Assembly (NCBI RefSeq): GCF_006345805.1
Contig: NC_043005.1
Coordinates: 35,526,001-35,590,000 of the forward strand
DNA: 64,000 nucleotides
Source of the DNA: Octopus sinensis
Taxonomy: Eukaryota
Reading direction: 5' to 3'
The notes beneath the pieces were generated by a model. That model saw only the letters and a list, made by a program, of their open reading frames with translations. It searched no databases and was not told the origin of the DNA. Both the position numbers and the translations under genes were made by a program. Below are positions 34,344-47,862 of the stretch, piece after piece; within the stretch, counting starts at the first letter, position 1; every line of letters starts with the position of its first letter.

Positions 34344-36204
34344 GTGCGTGTGTAAATTACTGTTTGCGTTTATGTCGTGATATAATAAAGATAATAGAAC
34401 ACTGAAGTGAAGATTTACGCAATATTTTTTGTAGAGTACATATTTATTACATTTTACATAAAGAATGGTGACAGTGACTTCGAAGTTTGGGCCTGCTAGG
34501 CTTCGTATACGTGCAGTGCAACGTGCAACGGAATAATTTGCTCAAGGATACAACGTATGATCGTTAGCTGAATACCTTAACCACCCAGTCACACCCCTCA
34601 CACACACGCGCGCGCATATATACATACATACATACATACATACATACATACATACATACACACACATATACACACACACATACACATGTGAATATACATA
34701 AGTACATGCACACTGAATAAAATACATATGGAATTTAAAAGCTCAATTCTTTAACCCCATTATTAAACTTTAATATATCATATTGTTACTTCAAAGCAAA
34801 TGTTATTAACAAGAATTATATTGTATAAAGTTTGAAATTATCTAAAACAATCGTTCAACTAGATTTCATAATTACGATTAATTATGTAATTTTTATAGTG
34901 TTGACAATGTTTTCAACATGGGACATGTAGACCAGCTTTAGAACGGAACAAATGAAAGTTGTAGAATATCCATGAGATCATTACAGTCACATAACTATTC
35001 ATTCTGAATACATTCTGGCAGATTCGAAAGGGAATATACCGATCGCTGTTGTATTCCATCACAGGAGAACACCTCCCATTAGATGATACGTGTTCATAAT
35101 ACAAATGATTCACTGATGTAAGTGGACTTTGACACACTGCGGTGTTTCGACTTTATTGTATGTCTCGTTAGTGAAATCTACCCCAAGGTCAATTCATCTA
35201 ACAAGACAAGAGACAAATTATTTGCTAATGTTTAACAAACAGATAATAATTCATGGGTTGTACGCCGAACAATGAGAGTCTAGATGTTCTCCAAAGAGGT
35301 AATACTACGGCAATCAGTATATCCACGTTCGAATGTGCCAGAAATTATTGAGAATAAATAGATACGTTTATGTTTGGATTTTCGCTGTACTTTTCCAGAT
35401 TTATAATCTTAAGAATATTATTTGTTTTGCTTGCATTTTTTCATGTAGTCCATGATTTTTCTAGGCTATGCTGTTATGCTAATTAATAATGTGTCAAATG
35501 TGCCAATTAGCGGTGTCGTTGATAATTTTTTTCCTTACCCCAATGATGCCGGTGACATATATTAAAAGTCCTCTAGAACTATATTTATAAAAAAAGTAAG
35601 CAACAATATTATCACTCTCAAATTTCAGAAACAAACACTCATAACGTTTTTCTTTTAAAACTTCATTGCATGAGATTGATACCATGAAATTTCTCGATTT
35701 GAGCTCTATCATTTAAACTTAATTAAAATATAGTTTGTTTTTAAAATAAAAAAGTTAGTTACACTTAAATCCAAATTTTTGCCTTATATATATTTTTCAT
35801 ATTTTACCTCACAAATTTTTTTATACAAATTTTTGCCGCAAGGGAACACAACTTCACGTTTTTTTCTATCGTTGAAGCTAAGATAAATATACTTTGCTTT
35901 TAAAATAAAAAAAGTTATTTAGATCTAAACTTGATTGGTGGCGTTACTTATTCTCTTATAACAATATTACAAATTTCGGTATAAACCTTTTTCTACTGGA
36001 CCAAATCTCAATTTTTTATGCCAAAATGTAGCTAGGGACCAGTCCTCTTCAAAAATGTTAACAGTTTTCAATTTGGTTAAGAACTGAATTAGCGACAAGC
36101 TCCGAAATATTCTGCGTGTGAGTAAATTGGGGCCTCAAAAATATTATTCAACTACTACCTTAGTTGAATGGTACATACATACATACATACATACATACAT
36201 ACAA

Positions 36205-37260
36205 ATGGCAACTTCCTTATTAACAGTAACACCAATCGGATCTATGTGAGACTAAAGGATGGCGGTAGAGGCATGAAGTCAGTCCAAACAGCCTTTGAAT
36301 GTCGCATTGTATCACTCAGACAACAACAGCTGAAAAGTAAAGAAAGAAGTGAATACATTCAATTGTTACTCAAAAGTGAATGCAACAACATCCGGCGTTG
36401 GAGAAAAACTACTGTACAGGAACTCTAAGAATACAACTGTCTCATGTGACTCAAAGGAGACTGCACTGGTCTACCCAAACAGATAATTGAAGGAGGTATC
36501 ATAACAACAAAAAGCAATGCATGAGTGCATATTCCGCAAGGTGGAGGAAACGACTGCATAGACAAGAAGAGTAGCCTCTCCTGGACCTGTGACAGATTAC
36601 ATTATACTCACCTAGAAGGATATGACTTCGCAATTCATGAACAGGAAATAGCTATTAAATACTTGATAAACAAGTTACTCAAAGATACTGCTAAACCTCC
36701 GCTGCCATACCAGTGTGGAAGATATCACCCACATCATCAGCAGCTGCCCCAAAACGTCTACGAGAAACTACCTGCCCCTGAGGCATGACATAGTTGCAAA
36801 GATTACTTACAATGCTATCCGCAGGAGAATTGACCTGACGTATACATCAGAGGCCTGTCAGGACCAGCAGGTATTCAAACAAGGAATGAGGGTGGAACAC
36901 TTCTATAAAAAAAAACCCAGCAAAAACAGGTCTGATAATGTTCTGTGAGACTGTGAACGAAAGTCATACATTATTGTAGAGGCCAGCTGCCCAGTGGATG
37001 TGATTGTACAATCAAAAGTACAGGAAAAAGCGAACATTTATGGTGAATTAATGTGGAACTTATAGCTCTTGTACCCTGACTGTGAATTTTCTTTTGTACC
37101 TGTCAATATAAGTACATTAGGTTATGTACCAACAAATTTGCACAAAAACCAAGAAATTCTTGGCTTCACGAAGAAAGAGCAAAAGAAACTGACGCGAATT
37201 CCCCAAATCTAATCTATTAGTAGTACAGTGAAGGTTTCAAAAACATTCTAAATATTCTCC
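36205..37260 (+). mobile_element. old R4/NeSL-type RLE retrotransposon remnant
   Basis: RIYVRLKDGGRGM, EDITHIISSCP..RHDIVAK, NRSDNVL..IIVEASCP..EKANIYGEL and VPVNISTLG, with many stops and frameshifts. Confidence 0.75.
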
Positions 37261-37559
37261 ATTTAAAACTCTTATGTGAATAGATGCACACGCGTGGATG
37301 CATGCATCGACAGTTCAACCAAAACATCAACACAAACACATATATACGAACACCGGGAACTCTCTCAACTCAAATTGTTTTCTCACTTTGTTAGCGACCG
37401 GCTTGAACTCTCTTCAGAACTTAAATAAAACTCAAAGAAAAATCATACACTATGTATGTATGTATGTATGTATGTATGTATGTATGTATGTATGTATGTA
37501 TGTATGTATGTATGTGTGTGTGTGTGTGTGTGTGGTGTGTGTGTGTGTGTGTGCGCGTG

Positions 37560-37770
37560 CGTTTGTGCGTGTTCCTCACGACGTTTGCTTAATATCCCTG
37601 TAACATATCGGTTCGGCAAAATAGACCAAGAGAATAAATACCAAACTGGACAAAAAAAAAAAACAAAAAAAAATCAAAAAAAACCAGAACTAGGGCCGAT
37701 TGTTCATCTAAGTCCTTGAAAGTGTTGCCCCAGCATGGCCGCAGATTTATGACTGTAATAAGTAAAAGGA
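37560..37770 (+). mobile_element. SINE family A tail fragment
   Basis: GGTTCGGCAAAA..GTGTTGCCCCAGCATGGCCGCAG. Confidence 0.65.
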
Positions 37771-38595
37771 GAGACTGCACTTAACTATACAGAGTGATCC
37801 TACAGTTAGATTTTATTTTTGTCAGTGACGCAACGTAAACGGATACGCGTTTATATGTGTTTCTGTTTGAGTTTGCGCGTGCATGTAAGGGTGCTTGGGT
37901 GTGCATGCGCGTGGTATTTTAGCATGTTAAATTAGTTATGTGTGCATGTGTGTGTGAATATGTATATATGTGTGTATATATATATAAAATGATATAATAT
38001 AATATTATATATATATATATATATATGGACAAACTAGACATGTACATGATATATATATATATATACACACATATATAATGTGTATGTTTTATGTGCGCGT
38101 CTAGTTTGTCCAACTAGATAGATGTGTATGTAATCAAATATACATACACACCTATAGACACATGTATGTATTATATATACTTTTGATACGAAGAAAAATA
38201 TCTTGAATAAATAAGTATGAAACGGTGTTTCCCCACAGGAGCTTCACTGACATAATTATGTGATAGTTTTGTGACTAATTTAATTTACATACACTCTGTA
38301 TGTACACGTGTGTGTTCGTGTGTGTGGTGTGTGTTGTATGTGTGTATATCATAGTATATGTTGTGTGCATATAGGTAAATATAAAATATTATATGTATCT
38401 ATGTACTTATGTGTATATATACATATGCATATATGTATGTACGTACGTAAATATATTTATAAACATACACAAATATGTATGTTTATATATATATATATAT
38501 AGACACATATATATATACATACACACTCCCACATACACACAGACACACTCTCACACATACACACAAACACACACACACGCACACACACACATATA

Positions 38596-39456
38596 CAGCG
38601 TGCAATGAGTAAATTGTCCCCATTTTATATTTTGTTTGTTTCCGATTTTGTCGACTACACAGAATAGTAGGTTCAGTTGGGCACCGTCTGTGAGAAAAAC
38701 ATCATCATGCCTCAGTTGACTCTGCCAGAAATTTGGAAACGACATGCTGTACTGCTTGACATTCGCGCCAGAAGCTCCAGTACGAAGAGATGTTGAACAC
38801 ACAGAACAACCGTTGGCTTACCGTGTCCCCCAAAACATGTACGGAGAGTGATAGAAATCAAACATCCAGTCAACATCATGATGTTCGTTTGGAGTGATCA
38901 CTAGAGATGGTGACGTTATGCCTCCATTTATCTTCCCACACGGCCTCAGACTCAACACGGAGGCCTACATCAGTGCCTGGAGGAAGTAGTAATGCCCTGA
39001 GTCAAGAGGACGGTTGCTGGAAGACACAATGTCTGGCAACAGGACTCTGCACCATTGCACACAAGCAGGAGAACCCAGTCATGGATGTCAGACAATTTTT
39101 GCGACCACATCACCTCTAACATCTAGCCACCTATCTTCCCAGACTGCAACCCCCTTGATTATTATGTGTGGGGCGCAACTGAGCTAGAGACCAGCAAAAG
39201 TCCTTGTAATACCAAAGGTAAACTGAAGGCAAGGATTATGGCAACATTCACCAACTTAAACAAGGAGACCGTCCGGTAGAGTTGCAGGAGATTCCAAAGT
39301 TGTCTTAAGACCGTGGTTGAACCCAACGGCGATTCTATTGAACCTATTAGTACTTTAAGATATTTTTAGGTAATTTTGATAAATATGTCTGTTAAATGAG
39401 ATGTCAGTATTACTTTCATTTATGCGTAATTTAGACGACAATATATTCACCACACC

Positions 39457-39459
<3 letters not shown>
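38596..39459 (+). mobile_element. DD37D (maT) transposon, internally deleted, both TIRs present
   Basis: TA-flanked TIRs CAGCGTGCAATGAGTAAATTGTC and GACAATATATTCACCACACCCTG. Motifs GDVMPPFIFPHG, WQQDSAP and SPDCNPLDYYVWG, with about 37 residues between the last two Asp. Confidence 0.9.
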
Positions 39460-39502
<43 letters not shown>

Positions 39503-40092
39503 TTATTTACACACATACATTCACACACGTATATAAAATATAAACATTCATAGAATATATCTACAACTGATTTAACATGTAATGTATATTCATATTTATG
39601 TGCTCACATACATGTATATATACACAACCTTTGTACATGTATAAATATGTGTGTGCATACATACGTTTGTATGTATAAACGTATATACTTGTATATATAT
39701 ATATATATATAAACGTATATACATATGTACGTAAATATCTATTCAAACATATGTACGTACAAAGATACATACATACTCTCAGGAAAATAAACGAGCGCAT
39801 GGTTTATCAGTCGGCGTGACTGTATCCCTATGATGCATTGACCCCTGTTATTTTATGATTATGTGAATGTATGTGTGCGTGTGTGTGTGTGTGTGTGTGG
39901 ATCCTCATCTTTGTGAATCAGCGTGCAGTCGTGTGTGCGCGCATGCGCTGGCGCGTGCCTTTGCTGTCGGGTGTATAGAGTGTATGAGTGTGGGGAAATG
40001 TCTCTTGGTATGCTGTTGGATTTTATTCCCCATTGTCTCTGCTTCATTTGCAAAACTAGGAAAACGATATATATATATAATAATTCTCTAAA

Positions 40093-40168
<76 letters not shown>

Positions 40169-40477
40169 TATACATATATATACATATACTATATATATAC
40201 TTTATACATCTATATATATACATATATATAATATATATAGATGCATACATATTCACACACACACATATATATATGTATGTCTGTGTGTGTATACGTGTAC
40301 ACGGGCGTATGTTTATATGTGTATATGCATACATTACTGTATCTGTGTATGTGTATGTGTATATATATAATGTGTGTGTGTATATATTTACTTATTTGTA
40401 TACGCGAGTGTTTTAATACGTTTGTGTGTGTGAGTGTGTATATATAAGTGTATGTATATATATATATATATATATAT

Positions 40478-40969
40478 ATCGTAACGTATATTTTCCATTT
40501 AAATATGGCTAAACCCTCAGGGTGGATGCTACTGTAGTTTGTAGCCCCAGGAGGACACCTCCTCTAGCTGGCTATAGACACACTTTCTGTGCCCTATCAG
40601 TATTTGCAAAGGGAAGCCATCCTTCCCGTCTTCAACTTGTGATACACACGGACTCGAGTTTCTGGGTATTGACCCGTCATCGGCGTGTGACAATCACAGT
40701 TGTCGATGAAAAGTAGGTTCCCTTCACAAATACATATCTTTTTTCCAGTATCGTACAGACAATGATATCGAAAAAGTGTAAACAAGCAATACCCAGAAAC
40801 TCGAGTGCGTGTGTATCATAAGTTGAAGACGGGAAAGATGCAAATACTGATAGGACATAGAAAGTGTGTCTATAGCCAGCTGGAGGAGGTGTCCACCTGG
40901 GGCTACAAACTACAGTAGCATCTACCATTAGGGGCTAGCCATATTTAAATGGCAAATATACGTCACGAT
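40478..40969. mobile_element. foldback/MITE-like element with ~185-bp terminal inverted repeats
   Basis: Arms at 40478-40671 and 40787-40969 are near-identical reverse complements around a ~115-bp spacer. Confidence 0.85.
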
Positions 40970-41472
40970 GTGTTGCAGCTACTGTTTATAACTCGCTCTA
41001 AGATTTATTATTGCTTGTTTACACTCGATCAAATAAGTACCAGTTGAGCACTGGGATTGATGTAATCTACTTAACTCCTCTCCGAAATTGCTGGCCTTGT
41101 GCAAACATTTGAAACCATTATTGTCAGGGTCGTTATTCTTGTCGATATAAAGTGACTTGATTTGCTTTCGAACTTGGTAGGTATGTATGTATTTGCGTTA
41201 ATAGTGGTCCTCGTTGTATGGAAAGTGTGATTGGGATGACGGTTTTAACTTGTATGTGTGTGCTGTGTAGAATGTCTTGGAAAAGCGGCGTCAAAAAGTT
41301 CAGATTTTCCCCATTGGGGTTCTACTTAACCTTTTGGTACCAAACCCGCCCGAGATTGTCAGCGATTCTATGATGCAAACTCCCAGTTTTAAAGAAACCT
41401 AAATTAAAATCTACCGTCAAAATTCCATGTTAATTTATGTTCCAAATGGCCTCTTAACAGTGACAGTTATGA

Positions 41473-41671
41473 CGGGGTGCTGAAAAGTTCTTTGAGAGTG
41501 TCGCAAAAGGCTTGGCTGGAGTCCCAACCTTCAGAGTTCTTTTACATGGCTTAGAAAAACTGGAAGCTCGCTGCTGTGTGTGAATCTGAGAAGGGAATAC
41601 GTTGAATAAAATCATAACTGATCCGCCTACATTTTCTTTTTACTCAAAGCCAGGGACTTTTCAGCACCCTG
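41473..41671 (+). mobile_element. mariner-derived MITE
   Basis: TIRs CGGGGTGCTGAAAAGTTC and GACTTTTCAGCACCCTG. The internal remnant resembles the transposase C-terminus (..GLEKLEAR..CVNLRREYVE). Confidence 0.8.
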
Positions 41672-41691
41672 TCATGTTTTACTATGTTGCT

Positions 41692-41760
41692 CATCATCAT
41701 CATCATCGTTTAACGTCCGCTTTCCATGCTAGCATGGGTTGGACGGTTCGACCGGGGATC
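41692..41760 (-). mobile_element. retroposon 3' tail ending in (GAT)n, probably RTE-type
   Basis: CATCATCATCGTTTAACGTCCGCTTTCCATGCTAGCATGGG. A related piece in the opposite orientation lies at about 61706-61745. Confidence 0.5.
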
Positions 41761-42410
41761 TGTTTTTAAAATTAATTGGAACAGAGGCATATTATTTCGA
41801 CTGAAATATCATAAGTAGATGATTAAACTAATCAAGATTAAAATTTTCCCATCAGAATTTCACGTGAACTTATGCCTCCGACACCACCAGTTGAATATAA
41901 GTAAAGTTATTTTAGTAAATTCTTTAATATTTTCAAAATTTAATGAAACGAAGGCATATTTTTTCAACAGAAATATGTGATAAGGAAACGAGTAAAGAAC
42001 CATCATGGGTGAGAGATGGAGAGGAGAACTGTGCAAAGTTGGAAGGGATTTTTTTTTGGTAAGGGAGCCAAAAATATCACCTGACATTTGGGAAGGGAAC
42101 GAGTTTCTATTCATTCACACAAACAAACGGGAGTGTATTCACGCACATTCACACTCACACACATTCACACGCACTCACACACATGCACACGCACGCACGC
42201 ACACATACTTATGTATGTACATGTATGTATCTACACACATACATATATATATGTATGTGCATACACACGCACACATATACACAACACACACTTATAACTC
42301 TTTCTAAAGTATGTGTGGACATATGCATGCATGTATGCATATTTTTGTATATACATAGAGGAATATATGTGCGTGTGTAGAAGCGGGTGAAAGTTTGTGT
42401 GTGTGTGTGT

Positions 42411-42445
<35 letters not shown>

Positions 42446-42615
42446 ATGTTTATGAGTCAATAGATACACGTATAGATAGATGGATAGATTGACTGCTTGA
42501 TAGGAGGTAAATGAAAGTGTGTATACCACGCTGAAAACTAACATAAATCTGATAACGAGGCGAAATTATCTAATTAGAACTGTCTATTTCTCTGTTTATA
42601 TAAATATCTATCACG

Positions 42616-42665
<50 letters not shown>

Positions 42666-42674
42666 GTCTGTCTA

Positions 42675-42713
<39 letters not shown>

Positions 42714-42714
42714 T

Positions 42715-42809
<95 letters not shown>

Positions 42810-43044
42810 ATCTATCTATCTACCTATCTATCTACCTATCTATCTTCTGTGATAACGATCCCTATTGATCGATTTTTTTTCCTTTTCCTTTTATTTTTAC
42901 CCCCACCCCTTTTTTTCTCTCTTTCTTTCCTTTTACGATCCCTTTTGATCGAAAACCAAACCCCCTTTTTTATCCCCAAAAGAAAAGCTCTACCTTGTAA
43001 TTTGTCCCGTCTGTGTGCAGCCCTGTGTGGCTAATAAAGAAACA

Positions 43045-43129
<85 letters not shown>

Positions 43130-43162
43130 CTCTATCTGTCTATCTATCTATCTGTCTATCTG

Positions 43163-43224
<62 letters not shown>

Positions 43225-43225
43225 A
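42616..43225. repeat. (TATC)/(TGTC) microsatellite blocks
   Basis: Two blocks at about 42616-42845 and 43046-43225. Confidence 0.95.
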
Positions 43226-43602
43226 TTTGTGATTCTGTATATGTGTCCCAGATATCGTGATCATATGTAGTGCCATCATTTGTTGTATTCACTCCGCAAG
43301 AACTCAAGTTTAGACATGCTTTATTCCAGGCAGGTTTGTAAATGTCCAGCTGCTCCAATAATAATAATAATAATAATGAGTATGAACCCGAAAGTTTATC
43401 TTGGGTACAGGATTTGGCAGCTCCTTATCAATATTCCGTAGTTCCATACAATAATATCTGGCCAGTTTTTATTTGTTGGCTCTTTTAATTGTTTAGTTCC
43501 ACAAATATTCTTTTGAGCCATGGGCCTCTTCATGGTCAACTTAATGGGTACTTTTTCTTATCCTATTCCAGACTGTTCTGGCCATCACATGTATGCATAT
43601 AT

Positions 43603-43766
43603 TTCTTTATTGCCCACAAGGGGCTAAACATAGAGGGGACAAACGAGGACAGACAAAGGGATTAAGTCGATTACATCGACCCCAGTGCGAAAGTGGTACT
43701 TTATTTATCGACCCTAAAAGGATGAAAGGCAAAGTCGACCTAGGCGGAATTTGAACTCAGAACGTA
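43603..43766 (-). mobile_element. SINE family B, 5'-truncated
   Basis: Reverse complement of the young tail variant. Confidence 0.85.
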
Positions 43767-44206
43767 ATACAGCATGTACACACACACACACACACACACG
43801 CACGCGCGCGCGCATATATGTGTGTGTGTATTGCGTTGGCACCTATGTGTGTGCTTGCATTCGTGTGTGTGTGTATATATGTCTGCATGTGTGTGTATGC
43901 GTGTGTGTAAGTGCCTATGTGTGCGTGTCTATCCGTGATAGTGTGTGTGTATGCGTGACGCGTGTTGCGTTTCTTCGTGTTCGATTGTTATTTCATATTT
44001 GTTACGGAGAATATTTGCCAGAAACTTCAAGAAGTCTTTGTATGGAAGCATCGAGGGGAAGGAAAATAAAAAAAATAAATAAACAAGAAACAAAGAGACT
44101 AAAATGATAGACGAATTTGTGATGTACTCAACACACCTTGGAGATTAGGAAGAACTAGAAGAAAACGAAGAGAATGGATAAAAGAGAAATAAATAAACAA
44201 TAAATA

Positions 44207-44600
44207 GGCTGTGTGGTAAGTAGCTTGCTTACGAACCACAAGGTTCCGGGTTCAGTCCCACTGCGTGGCACCTTGTGTAAGTGTCTTCTACTATAGCCTC
44301 GGGCCGACCAAAGCCTTGTGAGTGGATTTGGTAGACGGAAACTGAAAGAAGCCCGTCGTATATATATATATGAATATATATATATATATGTGCGTGTTTG
44401 TGTGTCTGTGTTTGCCCCCACCCCAACATCGCTTGACAACCGATGCTGGTGTGTTTACGTCTCTGTAACTTAGCGGTTCGGCAAAAAAAGAGACCGATAA
44501 AATAAGCACTAGGCTTACAAAGAATAAGTCCTGGGGTCGATTTGATCGACTAAAGGCGGTGCTCCAGTATGGCCACAGTCACATGACTGAAACAAGTAAA
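44207..44600 (+). mobile_element. SINE family A, near full length
   Basis: High similarity to 48696-49113. Confidence 0.95.
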
Positions 44601-45059
44601 AAAAAAATTTTTTTTAAATACAAATGGCTTAAAGAGAAATATATTATTAATCAAAGATAAGTTAATGAAATGAAAAACAAGGCAAACATAAAAAGAAAGG
44701 AAGAGAGAAAGATAAAAGAAAGCAAGAATAAAAGAGGAAAACGGGAAGCAAGTTAAGATGGAAGGAAGACAAGGCGAATGAAAGGAAGCTCATTATCTGA
44801 TTGTTGTAGCATGGTCTGTTGTTTTACTAATCGCCCAGATGTTCATATTGGCCAGGTAACATCGGATGTGGTGCGATTGTAAAGTGATCAGTCTTTGAGA
44901 TAAACACAGGATATCAATCCTAGCTTATGCCAATAACAAAATCTCTTATTTAATGAAATTCTCATCTGTGTTTATTTCAATTTTATTTTCGTATCTATTT
45001 TAAAAAATCTAAACTTTATCTTTTTTATTTCATTTTAATCTCGAATGAGAGAAAAGGAA

Positions 45060-45545
45060 AGGAAAAAAAATTAAGCGGGTTTGGCTAAGTGATTAAGAAG
45101 TTCGTTTTGTAATTGTTTGCATACGGGTTCCATCTTACAGCGCGGCAAGTGCCTTTTGATATAGCCCCGGGCCGATCAGTGCTTTCTGAGTAAATTTGGT
45201 AGATGGAAACTGGGTTTGAGCCCGTCGCATATACGGAGCCATGTGGTTGGGAAGCAAGCTTCTTACCACACAACCACGCTCACGCCAGTGTGTGTATGTG
45301 TGTGTATGCGTGTGCGCGTATGTGTTTGTGTCTGTGTTTGCGTCTGTGTTTATGCTGCACCGCCGTTTGACAACCGGTGTTGGTATGTTTACGCACCGAA
45401 CCGTAGTGGTTCGGGAAGGAAGAGACCGATAAAATAAAGACCAAGCTTTAAAAAAAAATAAGTACTTGGGTCAGTTCATTCGACTAAAAAATTCTTCAAG
45501 GTGGTGCCCAAGCAAGGCAGCAGCCTAATGTAAAAGATAAAAGAT
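45060..45545. mobile_element. two SINE family A fragments in opposite orientation
   Basis: Minus-strand head at about 45060-45235 and plus-strand copy at about 45235-45545. Confidence 0.7.
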
Positions 45546-45576
45546 ATATATATATACATACATAATATATATATAT

Positions 45577-45625
<49 letters not shown>

Positions 45626-45715
45626 CTATATAAATATATGCATATATACATACATATATGTACATACCTACATATATATATATATATGTGTGTGTGTGTA
45701 TATGTATATATACAT

Positions 45716-45981
45716 GCATGTATGGGTACAAGACGTCAAAAAAGACGTGAACAAAATGAGAAACGAGAACATAAAAAACAAAAACATAGAAAATGAACTT
45801 TTTTCCAACAATGAAAGAAACAAACAAACCGAGAAACGAGACAGGCAACATAAAGAACATTCCCTTCATCAGTTGTCCCCTGTTTTATCTACCCCGTGTT
45901 TCGAAGATAGGGACAAGACGCGACTTCGTTAAAACAGTCCTTCCTGCAAAGCAAATTAAATAAAATTTGGGATTTTTGCGG
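45716..45981. repeat. second copy of the unassigned ~250-bp repeat
   Basis: Matches 19136-19393. Confidence 0.8.
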
Positions 45982-46209
45982 GTCCTTAAAGTGGTGACAA
46001 AAACAGGACAGTATGAATAAAACAGTAGAAATAAACGGTAAATTGTTTTAGTGACAACATCGTGCCGCATACGGAGGTAGTACCGTGACGACATTTTAGG
46101 TCAGCTGCTGATAACCATGGAAATAATTAGTCTGAATCTCACAAAGAGACAGAAGTGTGTGTGTGTGTGTGTATGTGTGTGTGTATGTGTGTGTGTGTGT
46201 TTCTGTGTG

Positions 46210-46265
<56 letters not shown>

Positions 46266-46944
46266 TGTGTGTGTGTCCACGATAAAGATATAAATCTTTC
46301 AAACGTAGTTCTGCCTAATTGTATATAATATTTGCTAGAAATTCGTAGAAGAATTTAATTATTTCGGTTGACGTGAAGAGAAAAAGAAAGACACGTTTCA
46401 GGATTTTGTCTCTTGTCTGAGAATAACGAAATTAGAGAAAGGTGTGTGGTAGCCAATATACATTTTCATATTCCCTGCATCGATCGCTGGATCACATATC
46501 CTGCCTTATATCGACGAGAACTTCTTCAAATTTCTCTTTTGAGGACATTTAAAAAACCCTCTTCAGTTTATGAAAATCACATCTATGTCACTACCTCCCT
46601 TGGGTTAACGGATTCCTTTGGTAAAGACGCACTCACTTTTATGACATACACCTTTTGCGCTTTTGCCTTAGTGTAGATTTGATCAACGTCTAGCGTACTT
46701 TTTGGCTTACAATGCAAGCCAAATGTGAATTGTTGGTAGTGCTTTTGTTTCTGTCATTTAAGCCATATTTTTTCTAATTGCTTTCTCTTTGTGTAAAATT
46801 GTAAATGTATTTAAGGCTGCGTCAGTCTGCTAATTATCTTATATTCACGTTTGCATTTTCAAAATTGATTTATGGTGAGCGTATTCATTGCAACAGCCTT
46901 TATCACTAGCACCTTCATCCGCTACCCTAGTAATGAATATAAAC

Positions 46945-47256
46945 TGACTGACAGTTACGATGACGCGGATTCCACTTGATCTAAAACCAACGGAACAGCC
47001 CTGCTCATGAAATTAACGTGAAAATGGTTGAGCATTCTACAGACACGCGTACCCTTAACATAGTTCTCTAGTAGATTCAGCGTGACACAGGTGTGACAAG
47101 GCTGGCCCTTTGAATTACAGGTACTCATTTTTGTCTACTTGGTGGACTGGAACAACGTGAAATAAAATGTCTTGCTGAAGGACACATCGCGCCACTGGAA
47201 TCGAACTCATGTCCTTACGATCGTTAGCCAAATATCTGACCACTAACCACAAGCCA
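46945..47256 (-). mobile_element. tRNA-derived SINE with different head but family C tail
   Basis: The tail CCTGTAATTCAAAGGGCCAGCCTTGTCACAC matches 21378-21557. The head and central domain match 3940-4090. Confidence 0.75.
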
Positions 47257-47758
47257 CCGGTAAACGAAGTGAAATGGATGTTTGTAGATATATATGTGTG
47301 TGAATAGTAAAAATATCTATGGCCAGACTTTATTTTCAAACTCAGGGAAATGAAACGTGGGTAGTAATATTCCGAAGATTTTCTTTTTTTCTCGTAATAC
47401 ACTTTTTAATTACACCCGTTTTCGATAGTAATCACAAATGTAAACATCTTCCAGGCAAAGCTCTGTCAAAACGCGTGCCTCTATGGCAAGTAGCGATTAC
47501 CGCCCCGCCACCAATACAACCACCGACACCACCGCTTTAGTGACTACCATCACTACCAACCATCACCACCACAACCACCACCACCACCGTTGCAGGCGCC
47601 GCTGCCGCTGCTACAGTCACATCAACGACGATTACGACAACAGCAACAACAACAATAATAATAATCTTGTTTTTAGAAGGCAAACTTCCGATGTATTCCT
47701 CAAACCACGAATTATAAATAATGTTTTCGTTAATACTAACATAACTACTACTACTACT

Positions 47759-47812
<54 letters not shown>

Positions 47813-47828
47813 CACCACCACCACCACC

Positions 47829-47862
<34 letters not shown>

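Noticed and set aside
45860-45920. CTGATGA with upstream GAAAC on the minus strand of the 250-bp repeat (also at about 19270-19320)
   Set aside because: It would need a type II topology, and stems I and II do not pair convincingly.
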